This document shows positions 11,158 through 23,940 of a stretch of DNA of 64,000 nucleotides, piece after piece; position 1 is the stretch's first letter, and each line of letters starts with the position of its first letter. The stretch is from assembly GCF_963576615.1 (NCBI RefSeq), contig NC_088716.1, forward strand, positions 43,559,910 through 43,623,909, in the 5' to 3' direction. The stretch comes from Watersipora subatra. Taxonomy: Eukaryota. Both the position numbers and the translations under genes were made by a program. The notes under the pieces are model-generated. The model made no database searches, was not told the DNA's origin, and was given only the letters and a program-made list of their open reading frames with translations.

Positions 11158-11257
11158 CTGTTTGTACCACTTAGACTTAGAGCTAGAATTCAGGTACTCC
11201 ATGGTACCGGAGCCAACTCTAGCAAGCTCCCTCATAATGAACCTGTTGGCGTTTGCG
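11158..11257 (-). CDS. PARP4: PARP4-like exon: VWA domain end
   Basis: Acceptor catcttgtag| and donor CAG|gtaggc. Translation (S)ANANRFIMRELARVGSGTMEYLNSSSKSKWYKQ matches PARP4 STANRHVLRILSQCGAGVFEYFNAKSKHSWRKQ. Confidence 0.8.
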
Positions 11258-11459
11258 CTACAAGATGATGAAAAGCTGTGAAGATATGAGCTTATCTACA
11301 GTTTTAGCCCCACATTGTTGCAATAAGGGACAAAAATTGTCACATCTGAATAGCAAGACGTTTGTTAAATTTGAAAAAAAGGTTTAGTTTAAAAAACATT
11401 TTCATCAAAACTGACTAGCCGAATATCTTAGTAAGAGTTGAACTGTATTGTTGCAAGCT

Positions 11460-12246
11460 GTATAGCTTGTGATACGAGTGTACCGACGTGCGATAGATTA
11501 GACATATAAGGGAAACTACGGGCAAATTTCTGCCTTGAGATATAGAAGACAAATATGGACAAATTTGAGACATGAGACAACAAGACAGTTCCCGAGGCAG
11601 CTGCTAAGTGGTCGAGCATGCAAGAAGCAGCTTACAAGAGCAGCATCGCTCGGTATTTCTCGTCAGATTAAAAAATATTTACAAAGGCTGGCTAAAAGTG
11701 ATGGTGAGAGCAAGTCTTAAAGCGAGGTAAAAAGAGTCAAGCAAGAAAAAAAATTTTAAAATAAAAACGATAAAAAATATTTAAGCTTTGTGTATGATTG
11801 AAACTTATTTCTAAGTGTTTGCATAGTAAGCCAAATTCATTTAAATTAAATTTAAAGTTTATGATATGTTACGTTGTGTCACAAAAGTATATAGCGTACC
11901 AAATGTGTTGCCGTCAAGACTCTCTCACACCATCGTTATCAGTTACTGTCTGTTACAAATGTAAGAACTCCATACAGTACTGTACATAGCGATGTCACAT
12001 TATATTGCAGATCACAACCACTAGATAAGTATTTGTTACTTTGTGAGAAAATGTGGTGAATTAGAATAATTAAAAACATATTTGTCCATTGTAATATCCT
12101 ATTTTGGTGTTTTTTCAGAAGGTGGGAACAGATTTTTTTTTTTTAAATTATTTTATATTAAAAAAGTTGGTTTGGGATGCGAGTGAATTGACATACAAGC
12201 TCAGTCCCGGAACACACTAAACTCGTATGTCAAGGCATTACTGCAC
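11460..12246 (+). mobile_element. MITE family 1, copy B (5' end degraded)
   Basis: Colinear homology with copy A. The 3' end GACATACAAGCTCAGTCCCGGAACACACTAAACTCGTATGTCAAGGCATTACTGCAC. The start is approximate. Confidence 0.7.
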
Positions 12247-13075
12247 TAAACAGCATATCCAGAGAGTTCAATTGATGAAAAAAATTGTTATTGTTTTTTT
12301 AAATGTAAGTTATTTTACTTTGCAACTTCTTACATTAAGCTATATGAGCAATGTATTGAATGGCACAGCAGAGCCCCACAAAGATATGGGAATGAGATAG
12401 TTTTCACGAGGTGATGGTACATGGAAAATCCAAAGATGCATTAGCTGGTCAACTTACGGTCGAAACATAGCCAACAATAAATAGCGTGGTGACTATACTG
12501 TTGAAATACTCGGGACTATTTCACTGAAAAGCACTGACATTAAAGGCTATTGCTGTCCTAATTACAGAGCCAATCTACCAATTTTTTTTATTAAAAAATA
12601 CACATTCTATAGAAATTTATTTGCGGTCTGTTGGGGCAGTGTGCTCCAAATTTAGCAAATTTCAGTATAAATATGGGCAACTGCTTTATGTAATAGTTAT
12701 TTCTGTTTTAGCTATAGATGACCTGTGACAGCATTGAGATCAAATTTTTACCAAAAAAAGTTCGTAAAAATCACTGCTTTTATGTTTGATCGTCATGAGC
12801 AGACAACTAATTGCTTGTCCTTCCATAAACAAAAGCAACAAAAACTGAAAGAATCTTTATTGTAATTTCATTCAAGTCTAGAACCATGCAATTCTGTAGA
12901 GAATATGCAGCAATAGTTCATGTATATCAATCGCCCAAGTTCTTCAATACACCAACTGTATCTGCACAATGACAGGCCAGTCTTTCAACACACTGATTTA
13001 GTTCCAGATATCGAACCTCTGACATGCCATCATCTCATAGAGACTAAGTTAATATGAGCTCAGATCCCACACTAC

Positions 13076-13186
13076 CTTAGTGCCAAAGTGAAGAGTCGAA
13101 TGGTGCCATACATAGAACTGACAGCCTGGAGCGTTTCTCTAGGATGTGTTATATGACCATCTGATATGACCACAACATTACGGTGC
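13076..13186 (-). CDS. PARP4: PARP4-like exon: VWA domain (DG motif)
   Basis: Acceptor acgtgcag| and donor AG|gtagtg. Translation (L)HRNVVVISDGHITHPRETLQAVSSMYGTIRLFTLAL resembles PARP4 SRNILLVSDGHLQDESLTLQLVKRSRPHTRLFACGIG. Confidence 0.75.
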
Positions 13187-13446
13187 CTGCACGTGTCCGT
13201 CAAAATAGAAATATTTGAGAGAGGAGTGAGCAAGTCTGTATTGCCCTGTCTGCTTTTCCTCGTCTAAACATATACATTAAAAACAGATGTAAGGCATTTC
13301 TCAAGTAAATACAAAATAAACTATCATTAAAATCATATTCTTTTGTGGTAGAAAAGCCTTTAAAGTTGCTACTTCTATAGCGTGTGATAATGTGACCAAA
13401 AAACACATAAATAATTAGAATGAGTCAAGTGTCCGGAGCAGCTAAC

Positions 13447-13520
13447 AAGAAAGCAGGTGCTAAGGCTATGCAGTATCCAACAGTGGAGGCCTTCGTTAGA
13501 ATAGTATTGCGCCCCCCGGT
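13447..13520 (-). CDS. PARP4: PARP4-like exon: VWA domain (GG-T region)
   Basis: Acceptor ttctgtatttgag| and donor TT|gttagc (a weak donor). Translation TGGRNTILTKASTVGYCIALAPAF. Its length and phase fit between neighbours (human MGNTDFWKTLRYLSLLYPARGSRN). This is the least certain exon. Confidence 0.5.
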
Positions 13521-14153
13521 CTCAAATACAGAAATGTTATAGAATTTTAAAGCACGAACAAGTTAATCTTTAATTTATACACACATCTCACAATGTTATA
13601 ATTATGTAGTTAGTGTGTATCATTGTGTTATATCTACAAAAACATTAGTAAATACTAAATGGCCTTTATGTAAAATAAAGCCTGAATAAGCTTTATTATT
13701 ACTATATATAAGCAAACATTTTTTCATTCTAACAAACTTAATATAAGTTTGGATCCTACTAATAGTGATGAACAATGACACACTAAAAAACAAGTCAACA
13801 AATCGGTGTAACCATAAAACTTTTTAAAATTTTGTTCCAGTCAGATAGCATTAGGGATTTTCTACTGAAGAACTAAAATTAATAAGAAAACTTTGGAGTT
13901 GTCTTGCCTACTCACAATAAACTCATCCTTTTATCAATGTTTGCCTTGACTATGAATGCCTATGAAGACTAGTTAGATCATTGAAAAAAATCACATCCCA
14001 TAAACCTGAATAAAATAACGGCACATGAGAATGAATAAAACATTTAGAATTGTCGTGTCTGTCCAGTTAACTCTTAATATTTTATCAATGTCTGAGTTAC
14101 TGATGTCTATGCTATCTAATGGTATCTATGGCAACAGTAAAAACAAGACTAAC

Positions 14154-14227
14154 CTGAATGTAAGAAATGGCCCGTGAAATGTTAGACCTGCTAGCAGGCA
14201 TAGACTTCTGAAACAACTCATCATATG
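14154..14227 (-). CDS. PARP4: PARP4-like exon: VWA domain
   Basis: Acceptor ttgttgtag| and donor CAG|gttagt. Translation (T)YDELFQKSMPASRSNISRAISYIQ. The phase-1 start matches the previous exon's overhang (GS-T-YDEL versus human FGTGYKELF). Confidence 0.6.
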
Positions 14228-14593
14228 CTACAACAATTAACATACCCCTGTCAAACATTGTTCACAAAAAGCAATTTTGCTAAAAATCCGCTCACACGTT
14301 TTACATACCAAAGGGAGTTGGCTAATGAACAACGTTTTTGAATCTAAAACTCAATCAAAGAGATCTAAACCGTAGCTGGTTAAAGTTGATGCACAGCGAT
14401 GGCATTTTATGGCAAGTAGCAAAAGGTACCACTTCCAGATTACACAAAATACAAGCTATTGCTGAAACTTTAAAAAACCATCAGCTGGCATAAAGCAGCT
14501 GACGCTCAGATCTCTAAATATATATTTAGAAACAATATTCACGATTTCAAGAAGCCAATTAATTGTAAACCAGCACTACACAGGCGACTGTAA

Positions 14594-14712
14594 ACTTTGC
14601 CTTAACTCAGCAAACATACAGCAAACGTACAGCAAACGTACAGCAAACGTACAGCAAAGGTACAGCAAACGTACAGCAAAGGTACGACAAACGTACGGCA
14701 AACGTACAGCAA
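14594..14712. repeat. 14-bp tandem repeat (CAGCAAACGTACAG)n, about 8 copies
   Basis: Direct repetition is visible. It lies about 130 bp from the VWA exon at 14846-15032. Confidence 0.9.
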
Positions 14713-14845
14713 TTGTAAAACTGCTCAAGTAACCTATAGAACTCTGGAGTTGATATGCTTGAACTGTGCAGCCTACAACCAATATATACAGCTATATGTC
14801 TGTGTAACTGTAGCTGGTGTGACACTTCCGTAAGGAGATACTCAC

Positions 14846-15032
14846 TTGATCCAAAGGCAATCAAGTTGAAGGAGGAGGACTTGCTAAGAGCGGAAAGTAG
14901 AACAAGAGTGACCTTTTTGGCAGCAGAAAGTTCATCAGCAGACATGGAATTGCTCAAGTCAAGCATGATTATCATCTCGTAGTTGGCTTGAGTCGCGCAG
15001 TCAAACTCCGGATAGAAAGTCAGCATGCATGC
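14846..15032 (-). CDS. PARP4: PARP4-like exon: VWA domain start (MIDAS motif DxSxS)
   Basis: Acceptor cacttttag| and donor A|gtgagt. Translation ACMLTFYPEFDCATQANYEMIIMLDLSNSMSADELSAAKKVTLVLLSALSKSSSFNLIAFGS resembles PARP4 EACMLVFQPD...VIICLDCSSSM...NIIQFGT. Confidence 0.85.
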
Positions 15033-15689
15033 CTAAAAGTGCCGGCTAACGTGTTTGAATGAATAGAATTAAGATTTACAGAGACAAAAAATAAGGATAC
15101 TTTCAGATTTCATAAGCTTACTCTAGCAGGTTATGTGTGACAAAATGTCCAAAAAATATTTTTTGAAAATGGCGCAGACAATAAGCATACGTTGTTTTTC
15201 GCAAACATGTAGATTTTGATGTAGTTTTTACATGCTGACTTTAGCCATACGTGCCAAACTTGGTAATTACTTCATCGAAGAACCATGAAACCCTAAATTT
15301 GGGCGCTTGCCAATTCCCCAACATAAGAAAATGTCTATCCTAAAATGGGGTACATGATAGGCATTTGTTTCATTCCATGCTTATCAATAAATTTGGAGTT
15401 ATCCTCTACATGCTACTTTCAACAATATGTGCCCAACATGCTAATTACTCTTGCACAGACTCATGAAAGCAATGACCAATAAAACACTTATGCATATATC
15501 AAACATGGATGTTTTAAGGCAGGACTTTGGCTAGACGTTAACATATTTACTATGATCTGAGGCCATGGCTTTTTCCGATACGTCGCCACGCATGCACTTA
15601 TTCAGCCAACAGACTCGACACGGCTATGGTGTAACATTGTGTAGGTCAATTGTGTCTATATATACAAGTCTCAGTGTTGGTCGTTTGTC

Positions 15690-15800
15690 TGTCATTCGTG
15701 TGTCCAGTTATAGTGATAAAGTCTTAGTAACGGAAAATTCACCTCGCAATGGATTTGAACTCAGAACCTCCAGGTCTGCGGACAAGCGTGTTAGACCAGA
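15690..15800 (-). other. tRNA-derived SINE-like fragment
   Basis: Minus strand CTGGTCTAACACGCTTGTCCGCAGACCTGGAGGTTCTGAGTTCAAATCC resembles a tRNA T-arm (GGTTC.A.TCC pattern). Confidence 0.3.
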
Positions 15801-17601
15801 GGTGGGCAAACTGCAGCCCGTAGGCCAGACCCAGCCCATCGTTCTTTTTAACCTGGCCCATGAAAGTTTAGTAACAGAAATTATGGTTCGAGGTGAATGA
15901 TTGAATTTATTTTTAACCTAAAGCGCACCGATTCCGATGCAGCCGTAAGAACTCACTAATTCACAGACATTTTTAAAACCGTTTTATCTATATATAAATC
16001 TGTGTTATAGCAGCAACTATCGGTTTTAGCAATTATGACGCAATCTGTGCTACCATTTTAATTCAACATTTATTATCTGTGCTTCGCGCACATGTGCAGG
16101 TTGCTATGAGTTCTTGTTCTGTTTTGTGAAAAGTATTCATGAAGCCGTGTAAGAAAGTTTCTGCTGCGTACAAAATGAATTTGGGTGCTGGTATCGGCTA
16201 GTACAGTAGTGAGAAAGAATATTTCAGCACAGAAGTCAGTTAAGAATTTGAGAAATGAAATGAAATTGAATGCCAAAGTGGAAGCAGCAATCAGATCACA
16301 ACTGGTAGCAGAGTCGAAAAGCTAGCGATGCTAAATAAAATTTTTCAATTCTTTTATTTCTGCTTCTGGAAGTATTATGAACACTTTTGTTTAGGACTAT
16401 ATCTTTGTAAAATTTGATGAATTATTATTATATAACTTATTAATTTCAGTAATTTGCATATTTGTGGCATATCGTTAGATAACCTGACAATCGTTACCTA
16501 AACTGCGGTGAATTGAGGCTCATAGCTCATTTTCTATGGCTTATAAAAAGTCAAGTTTTTGCAGCAAAGTGTAGAAAACATAAGAGCCACTGGTATGGAC
16601 TTAAATACATTTTTTACATATATTCACTGAGTCTAAAAATCCACTAGAATATATAATAAATCTAAGAAATAGTCCAAAAATGTGCAACTCACTTTTTAAG
16701 ATATTCATGCCGGAACTCCAAAAAAAATATATCAGTTTGTAGACGATTTCCTCAGCATTCCAATGCATATTTATTTAGGGTTTCTACGACAAGTTTGAGG
16801 TAAATTGCACCAGCTTTCATGCAGCCAAATCTTACTACAAATCAGCTTGGTAGTCTTACCCGACCCGTCTGTCAAATTTTAAAAGTCAATGTGGTCGAAA
16901 AGTTTGTCCACCCCTGCACTAAGCCAACTAGCTACAATGCTACATGATGGAATAAATGTGGTCACATCCATTACATCGGTTAAAAAAATGCGTAGCGACA
17001 TTGTGTGACGCGTAACGTCACACAAGCTGGCTTCTTGGCTTACGACTCTCATTATAGTAAGCTTAACAACATGGTAAGCAATATAAGCAAGCTTAAGTTA
17101 CGAGCTTAAGTCATTCAAATTAGCCAACTTGCTAATTTTGTCATCAACTAATGAGTAAACTTAACCACTGCCAACTACATTACCCGCTACTGTTTATAAG
17201 CGTTTTTTTAGTACCCTCGCAATGCCAGGCATTCATCTAGTATGACAATAAAAGGAGAAACTACCATGTCTCCTAAAATTGTGATGGAAATCAGAATGCC
17301 TGACATGTAATCAATCGTGTGATCTTAACGCGTAAGAAATATTCACACAGTCAAATAGATACAGAAAGCCAATAAATAAAAAGGTACAGTTACTTCCAGT
17401 AATAGAAGAACAATTTTCATTGTTGCTTGGTCATTATAAAACGGAAATAAAATACAGAACGCAAAAGCACATCATACAATAATTGTCACGCTAAAAGACT
17501 AAGAAAATAAATCAGGGCAGATCAAATCTAATCCCTGCGACACATGAACACGCCTAACTAACAACCAAACCACAGGACAGCATGCTGATTTATCTGCAAA
17601 C

Positions 17602-17742
17602 CTGTTCTGACTCTGGTCTATCAGTGTGCTTCTCAATGATCATCCTAGGCACATGTATTTCAGCCAATGAAATGGTCAGCACAAAACCATCAGCCAATGA
17701 CTGGTCAGGTTGCATTTCGACCATCGCTTGCAGTTGTGTTTT
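17602..17742 (-). CDS. PARP4: PARP4-like exon (VIT-VWA linker)
   Basis: Acceptor tgttttag| and donor CAG|gtttgc. Translation KTQLQAMVEMQPDQSLADGFVLTISLAEIHVPRMIIEKHTDRPESEQ resembles PARP4 RTDCKAVISTMEGSSLDSSGFSLHIGLSAAYLPRMWVEKHPEKESE. Confidence 0.75.
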
Positions 17743-17829
17743 CTAAAACACAAATACATGTATGTAACTAAACAGTAGATAGCTATCCTATCATAGCCAT
17801 GCTAAAGTTACAGTTCATTGCAAGTTTAC

Positions 17830-17995
17830 CATAAATACTTGGAAAGGTGAATCAGTGAAAGTGAAACAATTCACTTGAAGCTTCAAGTGAATTGATTTCA
17901 ATTCACTTGAAACTTCAAATGAATTGATTGAATGAATTGAAATTGTTTGAAATTGAATTGAAAGCTTCAATTCAAGCTTCAATTGAAGCTTTACC
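17830..17995. repeat. Satellite-like block of nested palindromes and direct repeats built from AAGCTTCAA / CACTTGAA / GAATTGA motifs
   Basis: CACTTGAAGCTTCAAGTG palindromes and repeated GAATTGATTTCAATTCACTTGAAACTTCAAATGAATTG units. Confidence 0.8.
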
Positions 17996-18224
17996 AAGTA
18001 CTGCCTTATGTTATAATTATTTTATAATGGAAAACTTTACTGTGAACAAACTAGATCAACACATGTTTGGTCAAAAAGTCAAAAATTAGAATAGTTAACT
18101 TTAGTAACAATAGGAAAGTTGAGATGAACCTATTAAAGGGTCTGGTGAACAATACCCAAATGCATGTTATAGAGTTATCTTCACATGACTGTCACATGAA
18201 TGTCACCACTTGTTATCATTATTA

Positions 18225-18625
18225 AAGATGAAATTGCACTAGATTTGGTAGATTTTATCAGAAAGTATCAGTACTTTTTTACAATTTGTTAATGTTTTTT
18301 ATGTTTGAAGTGGTCTGACTGCCAGGCTGTTCAAAGATCGTGGTAAATGCGTTCAAAAGAAAAGGATGTGCGAATTAACGTCACTAATTGCTATCGGCTA
18401 TTGTGTTCAAGTTGCAGCATTACGTGTCTCTAATATGTCAGCCTCGTTGCAATTATAGACGTCATAATCGCACTTTCGCTTGACGTGAGGGTTTTAAACG
18501 TGATCAAGTTTTGTAAGTTTTAATCTTCAAACATCCTGGCAATCAGATCATCTCAAACATCAAATACAATCACAAATTATAGAAAAATATCAATACTTTC
18601 TGATAAAATCTACTAACATTTTGTG
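18225..18625. mobile_element. Foldback-type pair: inverted copies of the MITE3 internal module, each about 125 bp, separated by about 145 bp
   Basis: 18495-18625 (CGTGATCAAGTTTTGTAAGTTTTAATCTTCAAACATCCTGGCAATCAGATCATCTCAAACATCAAATACAATCACAAATTATAGAAAAATATCAATACTTTCTGATAAAATCTACTAACATTTTGTG) and its reverse complement at 18225-18350. Confidence 0.6.
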
Positions 18626-19485
18626 TAAGTTCATATTTAAACCGTTGTTGAGGGAACCGTCTAGTCAATTTACTTTAAACTGGGAAGAGAAATGACTGAA
18701 ATTCTGTCAACAGACTAAAAAATAATACATTAAGAATATAGTATAATAAATACGTAATAATATATTAATAATCCCTCATTTTCCACAGTTAATCAGGACC
18801 GACACTCTTGGCGACAAGTGAAAATTCGCAAAGCAGAAACTAATAAAATTCATTTGTAATAAATGGACTTTTTCATTAACCGTAAGCATTTTCCTTTATT
18901 TTTAGATTCATTAGAGAATTGTGAGGACCGAGGGCGCATGATGAAGAGTGTCAAATACATTGCACTTTTACACTTTACACAACGTAACAAACAGCGAGCC
19001 GCACCGACTGCTATCATTATGATGATGATCATGGAGAGAACCCACTGAGCCAGAGTATAAGATAGGTTTATGTATTTTATTTACTTTAGTTTTTATTTTT
19101 ATATCTATTTTTATTGCTTTGTAATTTTCTAATTAATAATTTTTACCCCACAAAGCACTGAAGCTGTAATAGCTGAAAACCGGCAAGGATTGCTGTAGAA
19201 ATCGTCGATTGCTTTTATTAAAGCAGGTAAAAAGTATCAGCAAGAAAAAGTGGCTTAGAAAATAAGACAATTATCATGATGAATCGCTGAGAGCCTGAAG
19301 TCCTAGTACTAGGCTAGCTGAAATCTCTTACAAACTATAAAGTAGACATTCCTACAACGTAAACCTCCTATATCCTAAATTCTACATAGCGTAAAAAATT
19401 TATGTAAAGCTTTCAAAAAATTCATTAAAATATTCCATATAATGTAAAGTGTCAAGTCAGTGCAAATCCTCAATTCCTATTTGAA

Positions 19486-20724
19486 TACAGTCATACTTCA
19501 ACTTACGAGCTTAATGCGTTCCGAGACTGAGCTCGTATGTCAATTTACTTGCATGTTGGTGCAATTCATTTATATATAGAACAATTATATATATATTGAT
19601 TGGTTTCCATACTCTAGAAACAGCAAATAAAAAACACTCAAAACAATATATTGTAACAGAAAGAACATGTTGGTTATTGTCCTTACGTACTACATGCTTT
19701 CAAAAAGCAACAAATAAAAAATAATGCAAGGAAATGTGATTAATTAAAATGTAAAATTAAATACATACAATTGCAGTTAACACTCGCATTTGCCAGGGAG
19801 AGAGATATAAGTTATCCTTCGTTACAACAGTTGACTTTGATAAAATTGGATTTTATCAAAGTGTTAAAAGACAAACTTAGAAGCAAACCTAAAAGCAAAC
19901 TTTCATTTTCAACTAAACGTAATTAAAATTTCTTCGGCGTTCATAGTTTGAAGTTTCTCGCTGGTTAGCTAGAAATTTGTCCTTTTTTTCCGCTTTCACG
20001 ACTAGCCGGCCGTTTTAAGAAAAACCTATCTAAGGACGTTTGCCTTTGTCGCCCTTGCAACATGTTGCGATTAGGACGAACGCAGGTGTCATCACAAATG
20101 GTTAATGCATGACCACTAGCCAACTTGTCCGAATGCCTATTAAACAGTTTGGATAGATAGCGCCGGCCTTTTCACATAGCATCGTTTCAGTTACGCTGTC
20201 ACCGGCCAATTGTTTGTCCAATGCCATCAGCGGTCGTGAAGATCGCTGCACCGTTTAGAAACTATGGTTAGTCTTTTTGCGAACTAAATGCCCTGAATAT
20301 AATCCTTCTGTTTGATAATTATGAATGTATTTCTGTCATATTGCCGAGCTAGCTCAATCACGCATACACATTTCGCATATTTTTCAATATTTTCCGTTTA
20401 ATATCGACTGTTATCATTTGCTTTTTCTTTGTATTATCTTTCATTTTACTGGCAAACATTCGGTCTACGCACAGTACTCTTAATTCACATAATTCTGCAC
20501 AGAAAATCGTGCACAAAAAACACGGTACAACAGTATAACCTGAGCAGTTGAAAAATACAGAGTGATGCTGTTCTCATAAAACACCTCCGGCATACTTGGC
20601 AACTGACTCAAGTGCTCGTATCTCAAAAATGGCTCGTATGTTAGTGCTAAAACTTGCTTGAAAGCTGGCTCGTATCTCAAGTTTCTCGTACGTTGGAGCA
20701 CTCGTAAGTTGAAGTATTACTGTA
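19486..20724 (-). mobile_element. MITE family 1, copy D (reverse orientation, divergent or insertion-bearing interior)
   Basis: 19486-19560 is the inverted 3' end (TACAGTCATACTTCAACTTACGAGCTTAATGCGTTC...). 20560-20724 is the inverted 5' region (...CTCGTAAGTTGAAGTATTACTGTA). The interior at 19600-20550 is not shared with the other copies. Confidence 0.6.
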
Positions 20725-21282
20725 ATGAGAATATTGTAGTTAGCTTTAAAACGTTGCTTTCTTTTCCCCGCCGCACTTGTAAGACAAAATTACTTACGCA
20801 TAGCGTCATTTCTGTTATACTGTATTCAAGTTCCATGGCATTCTAGTTGGCCGTGACAGATCGTCAGATGTGTCGCATAACAGAGAGAATAAGTAGCTGT
20901 GCAATTATTTTAGAAATACTTAAAGGCGGTCGATTGGTTCAGGTGTTACAACGCCGGTCTATCAATCTAAATGTCACGAGTTGCAGTATCGTCAATCCTA
21001 ACCTTGCCCCCTAGACACAGATACAGGTACAAGCAAGGTACAAACAGGTACAACCCGCTCTTATTATAGTTAAAAAAAATTTTGTTTTACGTTATTGTAG
21101 ACGCATAAAATTTTTGTTATTAGGTTTTCTTTGCAGAGTAGACCTTGCGGTCTAGAAAAAATAAACAAATCATAGTGAATTGACGTCAAAAATGTACTTA
21201 GCTTATTGTAAAATTACCGTAATCATGGTCCATAAAACGAGTGAAAGTGATAAGAAAAGAAGAAAAGTTGGAGATTCAAACC

Positions 21283-21690
21283 AATAATACTGCAGTTATG
21301 GTACAGCCCACAAACCAATAATACTGCAGTTATGGTACAGCCCACAAACCAATAATACTGCAGTTATGGTACAGCCCACAAACCAATAATACTGCAGTTA
21401 TGGTACAGCCCACAAACCAATAATACTGCAGTTATGGTACAGCCCACAAACCAATAATACTGCAGTTATGGTACAGCCCACAAACCAATAATACTGCAGT
21501 TATGGTACAGCCCACAAACCAATAATACTGCAGTTATGGTACAGCCCACAAACCAATAATACTGCAGTTATGGTACAGCCCACAAACCAATAATACTGCA
21601 GTTATGGTACAGCCCACAAACCAATAATACTGCAGGTATGGTACAGCCCACAAACCAATAATACTGCAGTTATGGTACAGCCCACAAAGT
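21283..21690. repeat. 40-bp tandem repeat, 10 copies (CAAACCAATAATACTGCAGTTATGGTACAGCCCACAAAC)
   Basis: Near-perfect direct repetition. Confidence 0.95.
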
Positions 21691-21894
21691 AGAACGCTAA
21701 GTTCTACTCTGTTCTACTAGTTTTTCTTTTTTGTACGACTAAAAGGGTGAGTTTGGAAAGATCTTGAAACGGATTAGGCAATTTACACGTTTTTTACTGT
21801 TCTTATAACGTAAAATCCCTATAGCATAAACATTAGTGGAACGAATTATTTACGTAGTAAGCGAGACTACTGCTTATATAACGAATACCACTAG

Positions 21895-21965
21895 ATCGTA
21901 CCTACAGATAGTACCTACAGATAGTACCTACAGATAGTACCTACAGATCGTACCTACAGATAGTA
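21895..21965. repeat. 14-bp tandem repeat (CTACAGATAGTACC)n, 5 copies
   Basis: Direct repetition is visible. Confidence 0.9.
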
Positions 21966-22042
21966 GAATAGGAAACCAACTATTGTCTTTAGGAGAGTGA
22001 GCGCTGCTGCTGAAATCAACGTTCAGCATGAGAATACCTTAC

Positions 22043-22171
22043 CTTAATGAAAATATTATGTGTGGGACTGCATATCTCCTGAATGTCAAAAGGCATCTGC
22101 ACTGAAACTTGCACTCCGCAAGTCACATCTTTCATCTTGGAGCTGTCCACACCGATCTTCTGAAGGGTAGA
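22043..22171 (-). CDS. PARP4: PARP4-like exon: VIT domain, C-terminal part
   Basis: Acceptor tgttcacag| and donor AAG|gtaagg. Translation STLQKIGVDSSKMKDVTCGVQVSVQMPFDIQEICSPTHNIFIK resembles PARP4 ...SLTMSIEMPYVIEFIFSDTHELKQK. Confidence 0.75.
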
Positions 22172-23009
22172 CTGTGAACAAAACAAGAAGACAGCATATG
22201 TAGGCGCAGAGTCAGATGATGGTAGGTTGATGAATAGCGAATTACATCACAGTAAAGGCATTCGATACATAGTCTACTTGGAAAACACTCAGTATCGGAA
22301 ACAAAAGATTAAGTCTTGTAAAGTGATCAAAGTCGCGGTTTACTCTAAAACTGTTAAAAGGTCAAGGTCGTTGTATACTCTTGTAAGTTGTCAAGCTTAT
22401 TAAGTGGCCAAGGTTACGATGCGCCCTAAGTTTTTTTAATTGGTAATGTCGCTGTATACTCTAAACTTTTTACGAGGTTTAGGTCAAGGTCACTGTGTAC
22501 TCTAAACTTTAAGCAATAGCAATAATTACCTTCTGAAAAATAGGATGAGGTTACACTAATAGCTCGCAGATTTGTTGTACAGTAGGAATTCGTATCTATG
22601 CTGACAGAAATAAATAAGTATAGAAACTAACGAACCACCTAACAGCTTTACGATATTATTATTGAAGTACCACCATCAATATATGCTTGGGGAAATCATT
22701 ACCTAGATGAGTTTATTAAGCCAGTTTTCTCGTAATAAAATATATCATAGACGGATTAAATGACATGTCGACAGTGCAATAATGCGTTACATATAAGACT
22801 GTTACATCATAATCTGTTACTTTGAACACATGATTTCAAGTATGACTTAAGATCGATGGCTTTAGAAAGTGAATAGCACTATTTTTAGTAATATCACATT
22901 TTCCAGTTTTAGCCACGACTGCATATATTTCCATGATATTAAATGTAATTTGATGACTCTTTTTAACAGTCATTTTTAACCACCAGACAATAAAAGTACC
23001 AATTTTTAC

Positions 23010-23174
23010 CTGCGTAGCTGCGGCTAGAGCTTGTTTAGAGTTCCACGGGGCTATATTTGTAGGCAGCTCAAATGTGAACTTGCCATCAGAGACTGAGAGT
23101 TCACAGACATAGGTAATCTTGATGAGCACTGTGCAGTAGGGTGGAAGATTACCTACACTCACAGTGAATACATC
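23010..23174 (-). CDS. PARP4: PARP4-like exon: VIT domain, central part
   Basis: Acceptor ttttag| and donor CAG|gtaaaa. Translation DVFTVSVGNLPPYCTVLIKITYVCELSVSDGKFTFELPTNIAPWNSKQALAAATQ matches PARP4 DVFTVSVGNLPPKAKVLIKITYITELS....PATVAPW. Confidence 0.9.
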
Positions 23175-23809
23175 CTAAAACATAAGTTGAAGCAAATAAT
23201 GTTGTGGGTAGCAAAAGTGTGTGATTAAGTAGCCTTAGAACCTAAATGAGATAACTTGGCTGGTAACCACAAGCAAGTTACACATCGTCCAAAAAGGACA
23301 AAACATTATATTATATATGTTATATTTATGTTACAATTTCATTCAACAATAAAGTGTACGGAACATGAGATAAAACAGAAAAAGACAATATTCTGGGTGT
23401 GCAAAATCAAACGATTATTTATTATATTTATTGGTATTAATAAATCGTTAATTAAAATATGTGAACTCAACTTTTTGGGATAATTTGGTGTTGAGCAATC
23501 AGCCAATGGGTGAGTTGCTCTTCTGCAATCCATAGACCACCATTTGACAAGTTAAAAGATTAATGAGGAACAAGATGGTGTCTGACATCGGAAGATGAGA
23601 AAATTTACCAATCAACCAAGGTTTTGAAGGTAAAATACTTGCCAGTTTTAACAATGACAATGCACCAGACATGGCCATTGATATCAACTCCATAACAAAT
23701 TATTTTTTCCAAGAACCAAAGATTGCTCATTGAAGATGAACTTACACTAAATCTTTGTAGATTTCATCAAAATGTATCAAAAACCACTTTCTTTTGATCT
23801 GAGCGTTTG

Positions 23810-23940
23810 AATCGCGATCAAGTTTTATCAATTTTAATCTTGAAACATCCTGGCAATCAGAACACCCCAAACATCAAAAAGAATTGCAAATGATAGAAAA
23901 ATACAAACTTTTTCAGATGAAATTTACTAAAAATTTTGCG
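23810..23940 (+). repeat. Solo copy of the about 125-bp MITE3 internal module
   Basis: GATCAAGTTTTATCAATTTTAATCTTGAAACATCCTGGCAATCAGAACACCCCAAACATCAAAAAGAATTGCAAATGATAGAAAAATACAAACTTTTTCAGATGAAATTTACTAA matches the 2990-3130 module. Confidence 0.55.

Noticed and set aside
13380-13520. Alternative frames around 13447-13520 (for example NRGAQYYSNEGLHCWILHSL...) as a VWA exon
   Set aside because: No homology and wrong phase. Only the TGGRNTIL frame fits between the neighbouring exons. Even that exon has a weak donor, which is reflected in its low confidence.
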